A stretch of 64,000 nt of DNA from Acholeplasmataceae bacterium (GTDB taxonomy: Bacteria > Bacillota_I > Bacilli_A > Acholeplasmatales > Acholeplasmataceae): positions 3,506 through 67,505 of the forward strand of contig WOZH01000041.1 of the NCBI GenBank assembly GCA_011620375.1, in the 5' to 3' direction. The notes below the pieces were generated by a model. The model was given only the letters and a program-made list of their open reading frames with translations. It searched no databases and was not told the origin of the DNA. Position numbers and translations under genes: made by a program. This document shows positions 19,469 to 28,784 of the stretch, one piece after another (position 1 is the stretch's first letter; each line of letters starts with the position of its first letter).

Positions 19469-20818
19469 ATGATGAACTTAGATCATCAAAAAGCCTTTTT
19501 TAATCAAGGGATGACAAGAGATTTGTCGTTTAGAAAGTCACAGTTAAATGCCCTGTATCATGCGATTGAGAAACATGAAAAAAACCTGTTGTTGGCACTG
19601 GAAAAAGATTTGAATAAATCGCCTTATGAAGCGTATATGACGGAAATCGGTTATGTAAAAAAATCTATTTCATTCGCCTTAAAACATCTCAATAAATGGA
19701 TGAAAACAAAACATGTAAAAACACCATACTATCAATTGTTTACGCAATCATACATTCAACCTGAACCATTAGGCATCGTTCTGATTATTGGTGCCTATAA
19801 CTACCCCGTTCAATTACTCATCGAACCATTAATAGGTGCGATTGCTGCAGGCAATACAGCGGTTTTGAAACCAAGCGAGCAGGCTGTATATACAGAACAA
19901 GCTTTAGTAGAAATGATTAGAGATACTTTTGATCAATCATATATTGACATCATCACTGGTGATGCAGCGGTCACATCATCATTATTAGATTTAAAATTCG
20001 ATCATATTTTTTTTACTGGAAGTACACGCGTTGGCAAAATCGTTTATGAAAAAGCAGCAAAACAATTGATACCGGTGACATTAGAATTGGGTGGGAAAAG
20101 TCCGGCAATTGTCACTCAAAAAGCGAATTTAAAACATAGCGCAAAACGGATTGCGTTCGGCAAATTGATTAATTCCGGGCAGACATGTATCGCACCTGAT
20201 TACGTTTATGTTGAAAAGATCATTGAAAAGGAATTCATATCTGAACTACAAAAAATGATAAAAAAGTTTTCTGATCCGCATGGAAATTATGGCGCGATGA
20301 TTACCGATAAGCACTATCAAAATATAGTGGCATTAGCCGCTGCAAACCCGCACGGAAAAACCGCTGAAAAAAATCAAGAAAAGCGTACAATAGAGCCCAT
20401 TATCATGCATCATGTATCGTGGGAAGACGACATCATGAAACGTGAAATATTTGGTCCGATCCTACCGGTATTGACTTTTGATAACACTTCAGAATTGATT
20501 GCAACTTTAAAAGAAAAAGAAAAACCACTAGCGTTATATTTATTCACTGATGACAAGGCTGAACAGCGAAAAATATTTTCTTCATTAAGTTTTGGTGGTG
20601 GGGCAATTAACGATACAATTATACATTTCGCTAATCCACATCTTCCTTTTGGTGGTGTTGGACAAAGCGGTATAGGAACATATCATGGTTATGCATCCTT
20701 TCTAACGTTTTCACACATGAAAGGATACACCAAAAAAGGCATTAAGCTAGATTTACCATTAACTTATCCACCTGCATCAGATAAAAAATTTCATATGATC
20801 AAGAAGTTCTTAAAGTGA
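19469..20818 (+). CDS. Aldehyde dehydrogenase (class 3 / YwdH-like)
   Basis: IGAYNYP, LKPSE, FFTGS, LELGGKSP, NSGQTCIAPDY, EIFGPILP, PFGGVGQSG. Confidence 0.93.
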   Translation: MMNLDHQKAFFNQGMTRDLSFRKSQLNALYHAIEKHEKNLLLALEKDLNKSPYEAYMTEIGYVKKSISFALKHLNKWMKTKHVKTPYYQLFTQSYIQPEPLGIVLIIGAYNYPVQLLIEPLIGAIAAGNTAVLKPSEQAVYTEQALVEMIRDTFDQSYIDIITGDAAVTSSLLDLKFDHIFFTGSTRVGKIVYEKAAKQLIPVTLELGGKSPAIVTQKANLKHSAKRIAFGKLINSGQTCIAPDYVYVEKIIEKEFISELQKMIKKFSDPHGNYGAMITDKHYQNIVALAAANPHGKTAEKNQEKRTIEPIIMHHVSWEDDIMKREIFGPILPVLTFDNTSELIATLKEKEKPLALYLFTDDKAEQRKIFSSLSFGGGAINDTIIHFANPHLPFGGVGQSGIGTYHGYASFLTFSHMKGYTKKGIKLDLPLTYPPASDKKFHMIKKFLK

Positions 20819-20850
20819 AAGATCATGAAAACCAGCGTATGTGAAATGAT

Positions 20851-20889
20851 AAGATGTTAGTAGAAAAAAAAACTACTAACATCTTTTTC
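20851..20889 (+). terminator. Intrinsic terminator after the aldehyde dehydrogenase
   Basis: Perfect 13-bp stem AAGATGTTAGTAG-A9-CTACTAACATCTT followed by a T run. Confidence 0.75.
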
Positions 20890-21027
20890 TATAAATTTGC
20901 ATATCGTTAATAATATGTTATTTTTCAAGCAATAAAACATATCAATATATTTTCTATTTGTGCTTGTGATAGAATAAACACACAACGGACTATATGTCAT
21001 ATTTATATGAAAGATATGGTGATTTAT

Positions 21028-21960
21028 ATGATAGAAACAAAAACAAATGCGTATCACACCACTTTGACGTCAAGAAATTTACTGATGCTCACAATTGCTT
21101 TGGGTGTGTTATTGTTTGCCGGAGCAATTATTTTTGGGTTCTATGTGCTTTTAGTAGCAGCCGTCGCTGTCGCAGCTGCGGGACTTGTTGAACTTTTATT
21201 CTCTAGCGTTAGAAAAATAGATTTTGACTATTTTTGGTTTATCACGCCGCTGATTTTCACTTTATTGTTGCCACCATCTATCCCATTATGGATTGCGGGT
21301 GTCGGATCCTTTTTTGGATATTTTTTTGGAAAAAGTATCTTTGGTGGAGCGGGTAAGACAGTATTCAACCCAGCACTTGTTGGGATTTTGTTTGTCACCA
21401 TCTCGTTTCCTCAATTTATTTTGACAGCTTGGCTAGATCCTGTTACAGGTGTGATCGGTACGCAAACACCGTTATCATTGTTGAATAGCGGAAATGTATT
21501 TACATACACGATGTCTGATTTATTCTTTGGCTATACACCGGGTACTATCGGTGAAACATTTAGAATTGGCATTCTTGTGTTAGGCTTGTTAATGATGGCA
21601 TTGCGCGTCACTGACTGGCGCATTCCAGTCGGTATTTTGGGTACTGTATTCATCGTTACATTATTAGGTTATTACATACTACCGAGTCAATTTGCTGATC
21701 CTTACTATTCTCTATTTGTTGGTTCTGTGCTATTCGTTGCATTTTTTGTTGCTACAGAGCCAGTATCAGCACCAAAAAAACCATGGGGTAGATTGTATTA
21801 TGGCATTGGCATCGGATTATTGATTGTATTGATTAGAAATTTTGGAACATTTCCAGAAGGCACAGTATTCGCTGTGATTTTAATGAATGCCGTTGGCGCA
21901 CTGTTTGATGCGGGTAAAAAAGTAGAAAAGGTAGGTGAACTTAGTGAACAGGAATCTTAA
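21028..21960 (+). CDS. RnfD/NqrB-family membrane subunit
   Basis: K.IFGG.GKTVFNPALVG, TQTPL, GTIGET, LFVAFFVATEPVSAP, FPEGTVFAVILMN. About 310 aa (RnfD-sized). Confidence 0.88.
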   Translation: MIETKTNAYHTTLTSRNLLMLTIALGVLLFAGAIIFGFYVLLVAAVAVAAAGLVELLFSSVRKIDFDYFWFITPLIFTLLLPPSIPLWIAGVGSFFGYFFGKSIFGGAGKTVFNPALVGILFVTISFPQFILTAWLDPVTGVIGTQTPLSLLNSGNVFTYTMSDLFFGYTPGTIGETFRIGILVLGLLMMALRVTDWRIPVGILGTVFIVTLLGYYILPSQFADPYYSLFVGSVLFVAFFVATEPVSAPKKPWGRLYYGIGIGLLIVLIRNFGTFPEGTVFAVILMNAVGALFDAGKKVEKVGELSEQES

Positions 21961-22576
21961 GGCCATCGTCTTTGTTTTAATACTGGGTGTCATTACTTCA
22001 GTTGTCTTATTAGGGGCTAAATCATTGACAGAGGATAGAATTGCATTAAATAGCGATGTGAAATTGAAGTCGGCAGTACTCGATGGGTTTGATATTTCAT
22101 ATAACGCTGCAAATATTCATGATATATTTAGTCAAGAAGTGATGATATTTTATTATGAAGGATTGGCTAATGATGATAGTGACGATATTTCATTTTATTA
22201 TCATTCAAGCACTGGCGCTGTTGCTTTTGAGTTTTCAAGTGGTGGTGTTTGGGACACAATTTCAGGTGTTTTGACGCTTGAATCGGACCTTGAAACTATT
22301 CAAAGAATAGCGGTTCTATATCAGGCTGAAACACCGGGTTTGGGTGGTGTAGTTGCTACTGCCCAATATCTGAATACGTTTATTGGTATTAAGATGACAC
22401 CGCAATTAGAAATTAACAAAGATAATGCTGCAAATGCAGAAAATGAAGTTGATTCAATCACAGGGGCTACTAGAACATCAAAAGCATTTGAAAGTGTATT
22501 AAATACAACGTATGTCTATGCATTATCGATTTGGGAAGATGAAAACATAAATGTTCAAGGGTGGTTAACATCATGA
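21944..22576 (+). CDS. NqrC/RnfG-family FMN-binding subunit
   Basis: N-terminal TM, GGVWDTISG, ETPGLG, intact flavinylation motif VDSITGAT. Confidence 0.9.
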   Translation: MNRNLKAIVFVLILGVITSVVLLGAKSLTEDRIALNSDVKLKSAVLDGFDISYNAANIHDIFSQEVMIFYYEGLANDDSDDISFYYHSSTGAVAFEFSSGGVWDTISGVLTLESDLETIQRIAVLYQAETPGLGGVVATAQYLNTFIGIKMTPQLEINKDNAANAENEVDSITGATRTSKAFESVLNTTYVYALSIWEDENINVQGWLTS

Positions 22577-23202
22577 AAAAATGGATAAGATTGAAATATA
22601 CTAAGCCATATAACATTTTAAGAGATGGTATTTCCATTAATAATCCTATTGCAATTGCTGTTTTAGGTATTTGTTCTGCATTGGCTGTTACAAATAAAGT
22701 TGAAAATGCGATTGCTATGGGATTAGGTGTGACATTTGTTGTCATGGCATCTTCACTTGTTATATCGCTCTTAAGAAACTTTATTCCTTCAAAAGTGAGA
22801 ATGATTACTTACATGGTTGTTATCTCATCGTTTGTTATTGTCGTTCAATTTTTTCTACAAGCATATTTTCCAACAATCGCTGACGCATTAGGTGCGTATG
22901 TTGGATTGATTATCACAAACTGTATTGTTATGGGTAGAGCTGAGGCGTTTGCTGTTAAAAATCCTGTTAAATATTCAATTGTTGACGGGTTTGCTGCTGG
23001 TATGGGTTACACGATTGTACTGGTTTTAACAGCATCCATTCGTGAAATATTGGCATTTGGTACTTTCTTAAATATGCAGGTTATGCCAGATACATGGGTT
23101 AATTGGGTTGTCATGGCAATGGCACCAGGTGGATTCTTTATTCTTGGGTTATTTATTTGGGGTATACGCCAATGGACCAAGAATTTTGAAGAAGCCATAT
23201 AA
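22573..23202 (+). CDS. nqrD: NqrD-like membrane subunit
   Basis: NNPI...LGICSALAVT and GLIITNCIVMGRAE, with both metal-ligating Cys present. Confidence 0.8.
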   Translation: MKKWIRLKYTKPYNILRDGISINNPIAIAVLGICSALAVTNKVENAIAMGLGVTFVVMASSLVISLLRNFIPSKVRMITYMVVISSFVIVVQFFLQAYFPTIADALGAYVGLIITNCIVMGRAEAFAVKNPVKYSIVDGFAAGMGYTIVLVLTASIREILAFGTFLNMQVMPDTWVNWVVMAMAPGGFFILGLFIWGIRQWTKNFEEAI

Positions 23203-23216
23203 GGAGGAACTGATAT

Positions 23217-23789
23217 ATGAACGCATTTGAACTCTTTATTTCATCGATATTAAACAATAATATTGCGCTGGTCTTTATTCTTGGTATGTGTCCGTTGATA
23301 GCGATATCAACGAATGTTAAAAACGCTAGAGGTATGGGAATCGCTGTTGTGTTCGTCGTGACGATTACAGCAATGATCAACTGGCCTATTTATCAATTAT
23401 TGGTAGCGACAAATACAACGTATGTTAGTTATATCGTCTTTATTATAACGATTGCAGCAACCGTCCAATTTTTAGAGATTTTCTTAGAACGATTTATACC
23501 AAAACTATATAATGCATTTGGTATTTTCTTACCGCTGATTACCGTAAACTGTGTGGTTTTGGCCGTTTCGTTATTCTTTGTGAACAGGGACTATAATTTT
23601 GTTCAAACCACAACATTTGCTTTTGGTTCATCGGTTGGTTGGTTATTGGCGATTGTCTTAGTTGCCGCACTTCGAGAAAAGATGCGTCAAATTTCGAATC
23701 CACCACATGGATTACGCGGTAAAGCGATTGTGTTCTTCATGCTAGGTATCTTAGCGCTTGCCTTCATGGGCTTCACTGGATTGGTATAA
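23217..23789 (+). CDS. nqrE: NqrE-like membrane subunit
   Basis: LGMCP, LYNAFGIFLPLITVNC, GWLLAI, PHGLRG. Confidence 0.8.
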   Translation: MNAFELFISSILNNNIALVFILGMCPLIAISTNVKNARGMGIAVVFVVTITAMINWPIYQLLVATNTTYVSYIVFIITIAATVQFLEIFLERFIPKLYNAFGIFLPLITVNCVVLAVSLFFVNRDYNFVQTTTFAFGSSVGWLLAIVLVAALREKMRQISNPPHGLRGKAIVFFMLGILALAFMGFTGLV

Positions 23790-23798
23790 GGGGGGATT

Positions 23799-24884
23799 AT
23801 GATGGAATGGATTATATTACCTAGCATACTTGTGGGACTCATGCTCATCATTACAACAATCTTAATTGTGATTGAAAAACTGATGGGCGGAGATAAAGAA
23901 AAAGTTATTCACATCAATGATGACACAACTATCCCAGTTCATGGTAATGACACGTTGTTGAACGCACTGGCGAATGAAAAGATTTTTGTACCATCCGCTT
24001 GTGGGGGTAAAGCGACATGTGGCTTTTGCAAAGTAAGACTGTTGGATGATGATTCAACTTTAAAACCAACGGAAGAAGCATTTGTATCACCAGAAGAAGC
24101 AGCTCAAGGTGTACATCTATCTTGCCAAATAAAAACATATGACCAGATGAAGATAGTTTTACCTAAAGGGTTATTAACAGCTAAAGAATATCAAACGAAA
24201 ATCACACATGTAGAAGACTTAACATATGACATTAAACTGGTGAGATTCCATTTAATTGATCCTGAAACGATTGATTTTAAACCAGGTCAATATGTTCAGA
24301 TTAAAGTGCCTGGAATTGAGATTATACGTGCTTATTCGATTGCAAGTGATCCAAAGGATAAAAACAATATTGAATTATTGATTCGCTATGTGCCAAATGG
24401 ACAAGCGACAACATTTGTTCACAAAGCGCTTGAAGAGGGCGATAAGATAACCATTACTGGACCTTATGGTGATTTCTTCTTAAGGGAAGATTCTAAGCGT
24501 GATATGATTTGTATCGCTGGTGGATCGGGTAAGGCCCCAATTAGATCAATTCTTGCAAAATTGAAAGACGAAGGCATGCCAAGGAAGGTCAAGTATTTCT
24601 TTGGTGCAAGATCCAAACGTGACTTGTATTATACTGAAGAGTTTGAGCAACTTGCAAAAACATATCCAAACTTTGAATATATTCCGGCATTATCAGAACC
24701 AAAACCCGAAGATAATTGGACGGGTGAAACTGGATTGATTACCGATGTTGTCGATCGTCATACGAAAGATTTAACAGAAGCTGAAGGCTATCTGTGTGGA
24801 TCTCCTGGCATGATTGATGCATGTATTCGTATACTATCTAAGCACGCGATGAAAGACGAAAACATGCTATTTGATAAATTTTAA
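23799..24884 (+). CDS. nqrF: NqrF-like 2Fe-2S/FAD/NAD(P) oxidoreductase with N-terminal anchor
   Basis: SACGGKATCGFCKV...LSCQ, RAYSIAS, GPYGDF, GGSGKAP, GARSKRD, YLCGSPGMI, FDKF. Confidence 0.8.
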   Translation: MMEWIILPSILVGLMLIITTILIVIEKLMGGDKEKVIHINDDTTIPVHGNDTLLNALANEKIFVPSACGGKATCGFCKVRLLDDDSTLKPTEEAFVSPEEAAQGVHLSCQIKTYDQMKIVLPKGLLTAKEYQTKITHVEDLTYDIKLVRFHLIDPETIDFKPGQYVQIKVPGIEIIRAYSIASDPKDKNNIELLIRYVPNGQATTFVHKALEEGDKITITGPYGDFFLREDSKRDMICIAGGSGKAPIRSILAKLKDEGMPRKVKYFFGARSKRDLYYTEEFEQLAKTYPNFEYIPALSEPKPEDNWTGETGLITDVVDRHTKDLTEAEGYLCGSPGMIDACIRILSKHAMKDENMLFDKF

Positions 24885-24894
24885 AAAGGCCTAT

Positions 24895-24924
24895 AAAAAA
24901 AGCATCTCAATGAGGTGCTTTATT
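24895..24924. terminator. Bidirectional terminator between nqrF-like and the XRE repressor
   Basis: A6-AGCATCTC-AAT-GAGGTGCT-TT (one G-U pair). Confidence 0.7.
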
Positions 24925-25285
24925 CTTTACTATCGGTTTCTTCTAATTCATAGGCTTTGGATAGCAGGAGATTTTTTCCTTTTACGGAAAGTTTTTGGAT
25001 AATTCGTAGTAACTCTCTAGTAATCGTATCGCTATGATGATAACTGTTACCACTATCTTCCGATAATGTATAGCCGCTTTTAACACGATCACCGATAACG
25101 AGATAATCAATGGTTACGCCAAGAAAATCAGCGATTTTAGTCATTGTAGACATGCTCATATTTTCAGAGCGTCGTTGAAAAAGACTGGAAAGTGTCGCAT
25201 AGGGTATACCCGTTTCGTCGCACAATGATTTTCTAGTCTTTCGTTGAGACTTTAATTGATATGTGATGCGATCATAAATGTCCAT
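24920..25285 (-). CDS. XRE-family (cI-like) repressor
   Basis: TRKSLCDETGIPYATLSSL...KIADFLGVTIDYL HTH; C-terminal helix ELLRIIQKLS..GK; no S24 peptidase domain. Confidence 0.85.
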   Translation of the reverse strand: MDIYDRITYQLKSQRKTRKSLCDETGIPYATLSSLFQRRSENMSMSTMTKIADFLGVTIDYLVIGDRVKSGYTLSEDSGNSYHHSDTITRELLRIIQKLSVKGKNLLLSKAYELEETDSKE

Positions 25286-25354
25286 GCTGTCCCTCATTTC
25301 ATAATCATCATATCATCGATTATGGCTTAAGCATGATAGCATTTATGTGTTTTA

Positions 25355-25409
25355 TTGACAATATATGCAAATGCATATACAATTAAACATAATACATGCA
25401 AACGCATAT
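25355..25409 (+). promoter_or_regulatory. Promoter with two tandem operators
   Basis: TTGACA(25355)-N17-TACAAT(25378). O1 ATATGCA-AA-TGCATAT (25363-25378) fills the spacer; O2 ACATGCA-AA-CGCATAT lies at 25394-25409. Confidence 0.75.
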
Positions 25410-25425
25410 TTAAGAGGGGAAAAAC

Positions 25426-25632
25426 ATGGTCCATTTCAATTTGATCATCGAGATGTATGCAAAGGGATTGACACATCAAAAACTAGCTCAAATGTTAAAT
25501 GTCAATGAAGAGACGCTTCATCAAAAAATATATGGAGAGGCCGAGTTTTCAACGACTGAAATGAAAGTCATCGCAGATTTGTTTCCGTATTGCACAAGTC
25601 ACTATTTATTTAATGGATATACTGATGAATGA
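25426..25632 (+). CDS. Small Cro-like HTH protein
   Basis: 68 aa; GLTHQKLAQMLNVNEETLHQKIYGEAEFSTTEM..IADLF; RBS GAGGGG. Confidence 0.75.
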   Translation: MVHFNLIIEMYAKGLTHQKLAQMLNVNEETLHQKIYGEAEFSTTEMKVIADLFPYCTSHYLFNGYTDE

Positions 25633-25655
25633 ATAATCATTGCTAATTCATTTGG

Positions 25656-27059
25656 TTACGCAGAACGTTTCTTGAAGATGTTTCTAAAACCAGTTAATAG
25701 ACCGAGCCAACTGAATTTTTCTAATCCAATGAGTGCTTGATTCAATAAGATACCAGTGATTACAGCTAGACTCATACCCGTCAAAGATGCGTAGACATTT
25801 AGATTGATAACTGCACCACCTAACCCAATAACGAGCATTGTGGAAACAACCACAAGATTTCTCATGTTGCTTAAATCTGTACGGTCTTTGATGAGAACTT
25901 TCACGCCATTAGCTGCAATCAAACCATAAAGTATGAGTGTAATGCCGCCAATAACTGGATTTGGAATGCTGATAATAAATGATTGAATCCATCCGAAAAA
26001 CGATAGACAAATTGCGATGATTGCTGCCAGTCCAATGACCCAAACAGAACCGACCCTTGACACGGCTACAACACCGGTGTTTTCACCATATGTGGTATTT
26101 GCTGGACCGCCAATTACACCCGCAAACAATGTTGCGATACCATCACCCATCAATGTGCGATGCAAACCGGGATCCGTGATAAAATCACGCTTTGTAATTT
26201 CACCTAACACGGTGTGATCACCAATATGTTCTGAAATCGTGACAAACGCTAAAGGCACAAAAGCCAAAACCTGTCCCCAATGGATGGTGAACCCGCTTGT
26301 ACCCATTAATGAAACCCGCGGTAGTTGCAGGAATGTGGAACCTTGAAAAGCTGTATAGTCAACAATATTGAGCACTATCGCTGCGACATAACCGATAAGA
26401 ATAGCCACCAAAAAGGGAACTATTTTTAAAAAGCCTTTTGCTTTAATTGCGATGATTCCTGCGGCAGAAAAGGTAACTAATGCGACGATATATCCTTGCC
26501 ATGAACCGCCATTTGGACCAATACCAATGTTACCAACAGCAATATTTGCCAACGATAGACCGATAATAATAATCATCGGTCCCACAACCACGGGGGGTAA
26601 TAGTTTTTTAATCCACCCACTGCCTGTGAATCGTATGATAAAAGCGACAATGATATAGGTGAGTCCGACAGCCATCAATCCTAGAAAGGCAGATCCATAA
26701 ACATCGAATAAGCCAAGCGACTCATTTGATATCAAAGTAGAAATCTCTTGTATTTCTTTACCTGGTGTCAAGGTATATCCCAGAGCTGTAACATTTGCAA
26801 TTGCTGTCATAACGATGGCACCAATATAAGCAAAACTTGATCCTAGATAAACTGGGACTTTCCCTTTTGTACACGCGATATAAATCAATGTACCGATACC
26901 ACTTGCCAATAGCGCAACACCGACATCTAGACCTGTCAATAAGGGGACGAGGACAGTCGCACTAATCATTGCGAAAACATGTTGAAAAGACAAGAGGATC
27001 CATTTCCCTACACTTTTTGGCTTTTCCTGGATGTCAATCAAAAGCTTTTGTTCATTCAT
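25656..27059 (-). CDS. uraA: Uracil permease (NCS2/NAT family)
   Basis: QHVFAM, PVYLGSSFAYI, EHIGD, NTTYGENTGV, GGITLILYGLIA; PyrR attenuator upstream. Confidence 0.92.
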   Translation of the reverse strand: MNEQKLLIDIQEKPKSVGKWILLSFQHVFAMISATVLVPLLTGLDVGVALLASGIGTLIYIACTKGKVPVYLGSSFAYIGAIVMTAIANVTALGYTLTPGKEIQEISTLISNESLGLFDVYGSAFLGLMAVGLTYIIVAFIIRFTGSGWIKKLLPPVVVGPMIIIIGLSLANIAVGNIGIGPNGGSWQGYIVALVTFSAAGIIAIKAKGFLKIVPFLVAILIGYVAAIVLNIVDYTAFQGSTFLQLPRVSLMGTSGFTIHWGQVLAFVPLAFVTISEHIGDHTVLGEITKRDFITDPGLHRTLMGDGIATLFAGVIGGPANTTYGENTGVVAVSRVGSVWVIGLAAIIAICLSFFGWIQSFIISIPNPVIGGITLILYGLIAANGVKVLIKDRTDLSNMRNLVVVSTMLVIGLGGAVINLNVYASLTGMSLAVITGILLNQALIGLEKFSWLGLLTGFRNIFKKRSA

Positions 27060-27098
27060 AAAAAACGCTCCTTTATTTAGTTTTGAAAGGCCTTCTAC

Positions 27099-27182
27099 AA
27101 AAAAAGACACCTGTAGGTGTCCTTTAAGTATAGGTATGGTTGATAGATACCTTAACAAGCTCACGGGCAAGTCTTAAAGGAC
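27099..27182 (-). promoter_or_regulatory. PyrR-responsive attenuator of uraA
   Basis: Minus strand: CCUUUAA...UGC[CCGUGA]GCU...UUAAGG (CNGNGA hexaloop), terminator GACACC-UACA-GGUGUC-U7, and a competing 10-bp antiterminator GUCCUUUAAG/CUUAAAGGAC. Confidence 0.75.
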
Positions 27183-27269
27183 CTTTACTGTCTACAAGTA
27201 TATCATGGAATATTAAAAATACAAGAGGAAAATTGTAAAAATAATGATAAAATAGATGGGGTGATGATG

Positions 27270-27767
27270 ATGAAAGAAATAATGAATGAAGAACAAATCT
27301 CAAGAACACTGAAAAGAATGACGCACGAGATTATTGAGCATCAACCTAACCTTGATCAAGTCGTCTTAATCGGTATTCAAAAAAAAGGTCTTCCTATTGC
27401 CAATGAGATTCAAAAGAACTTGAAGCGTTTTGCGGATGTTGACGTGCCACTTTTTGGTTTAGATATCACGCCATATCGAGATGATGTTAAAGGTATGAAC
27501 ATACCGGATAAACTAAATCTCAATGTGTTTAATAAACATGTGATTTTAGTGGATGATGTGCTATTTACCGGCAGGTCAGTAAGAGCCGCGATGGACGCCA
27601 TCAATGATTATGGTAGACCAAGTCAGATTCAACTCGCCATTTTGATTGATAGAGGTCATAGAGAACTACCGATTAGAGCGGATTATATCGGTAAAAACAT
27701 TCCTACATCCAAAGATGAAAAAGTGGTCATGGAAGTCGATTTAAAAGGTGTTAAAATTATAACTTAA
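27270..27767 (+). CDS. pyrR: PyrR regulator / uracil phosphoribosyltransferase
   Basis: RMTHEIIE, LDITPYRDD, VILVDDVLFTGRSVRAAMDA, DRGHRELPIRADYIGKN. Confidence 0.95.
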   Translation: MKEIMNEEQISRTLKRMTHEIIEHQPNLDQVVLIGIQKKGLPIANEIQKNLKRFADVDVPLFGLDITPYRDDVKGMNIPDKLNLNVFNKHVILVDDVLFTGRSVRAAMDAINDYGRPSQIQLAILIDRGHRELPIRADYIGKNIPTSKDEKVVMEVDLKGVKIIT

Positions 27768-27781
27768 ATAGCATATTATTG

Positions 27782-27810
27782 TTGACAAGCCATGCTATTT
27801 ATAGTATTAT
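27782..27810 (+). promoter_or_regulatory. rplM promoter
   Basis: TTGACA-N17-TATTAT. Confidence 0.7.
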
Positions 27811-27836
27811 TACATAGGTACATATTTAAAAAGTTA

Positions 27837-27870
27837 TTCCACTCAGCCCTTATTATATAAACAATAAGGA
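27837..27870 (+). promoter_or_regulatory. Putative L13 leader autoregulatory element
   Basis: TTCCAC..AGCCC followed by hairpin CCTTATT/AATAAGG that covers the SD; resembles the Firmicute rplM leader. Confidence 0.45.
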
Positions 27871-27878
27871 GAAATGTA

Positions 27879-28307
27879 ATGAAAACATTCATGGCTAATG
27901 CACAGACGATTGAAAGAAAATGGTATGTCGTCGATGCAGAAAACAAGACGTTAGGTCGTCTAGCGACAGTTGTCGCATCCGTTTTAAAAGGTAAACATAA
28001 GCCAACCTACACTCCTCATGTAGATAGTGGTGATTATGTCGTTATCGTTAATGCGGATAAAATCAATTTAACAGGTAGAAAATGGGACCAAAAACTATAT
28101 TATAGTCATTCAGGCTATAATGGTGGTCTTTCAAGTACGGCAGCTAAAGACGTTATGAAAAAATTTCCAACTAGAATGGTTGAAAAAGCTGTCAAGGGTA
28201 TGTTGCCACATACAAAGCTTGGCGCACAAATGGCGAGAAAACTTTTCGTCTATGCTGGCCCAGAACATAAACATTCTGCTCAGCAACCAGAAAGTTTGGA
28301 GGTTTAA
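27879..28307 (+). CDS. rplM: 50S ribosomal protein L13
   Basis: WYVVDA...LGRLA...[15 protein letters not shown]. Confidence 0.99.
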   Translation: MKTFMANAQTIERKWYVVDAENKTLGRLATVVASVLKGKHKPTYTPHVDSGDYVVIVNADKINLTGRKWDQKLYYSHSGYNGGLSSTAAKDVMKKFPTRMVEKAVKGMLPHTKLGAQMARKLFVYAGPEHKHSAQQPESLEV

Positions 28308-28310
28308 TCG

Positions 28311-28709
28311 ATGGCTACAGAAAAAGCACAATATTTTGGAACTGGTCGTAGAAAGAGTTCAGTTGCTCGTGTTATCTTAACACCAGGCAAAGGTGAATTT
28401 TTAATAAACAATCGTTCATTTGAAGAATATATTCCATCTCCAGCAGCACGTTTGGATGTGTTGCAACCATTGACATTGACTGAATTAGAAGGCAAATATA
28501 ATATCAGCGTTAATGTTAACGGTGGTGGATTGACTGGTCAAGCTGGTGCGATTCGTCTAGGAATCACAAGAGCATTACTCGAAATGAATCCAGATCTTCG
28601 TGCAACATTAAAACCTGCGGGTCTTATCACACGTGATTCACGTGCAAAAGAAAGAAAAAAACCAGGTTTGAAGAAAGCAAGAAAAGCTTCACAATTTTCA
28701 AAACGTTAA
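28311..28709 (+). CDS. rpsI: 30S ribosomal protein S9
   Basis: [33 protein letters not shown]. Confidence 0.99.
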   Translation: MATEKAQYFGTGRRKSSVARVILTPGKGEFLINNRSFEEYIPSPAARLDVLQPLTLTELEGKYNISVNVNGGGLTGQAGAIRLGITRALLEMNPDLRATLKPAGLITRDSRAKERKKPGLKKARKASQFSKR

Positions 28710-28716
28710 GTGGTTT

Positions 28717-28743
28717 GGGACCCTATGGGTCCCTTTCTTTTTT
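28717..28743 (+). terminator. rplM-rpsI terminator
   Basis: GGGACCC-TAT-GGGTCCC followed by a T tract. Confidence 0.88.
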
Positions 28744-28784
28744 GTGTTATAATATGATTATTGAAAAACTAAAGGAGGATCTCA

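Noticed and set aside
19469-20818. Aldehyde dehydrogenase as a fatty-aldehyde step of sphingolipid catabolism
   Set aside because: Class-3-like ALDHs are common and broad-specificity; no sphingosine-phosphate lyase or linkage to spt is visible.
24920-25632. Intact prophage or ICE
   Set aside because: No integrase, replication, structural or conjugation genes and no att-like repeats flank the regulator pair.
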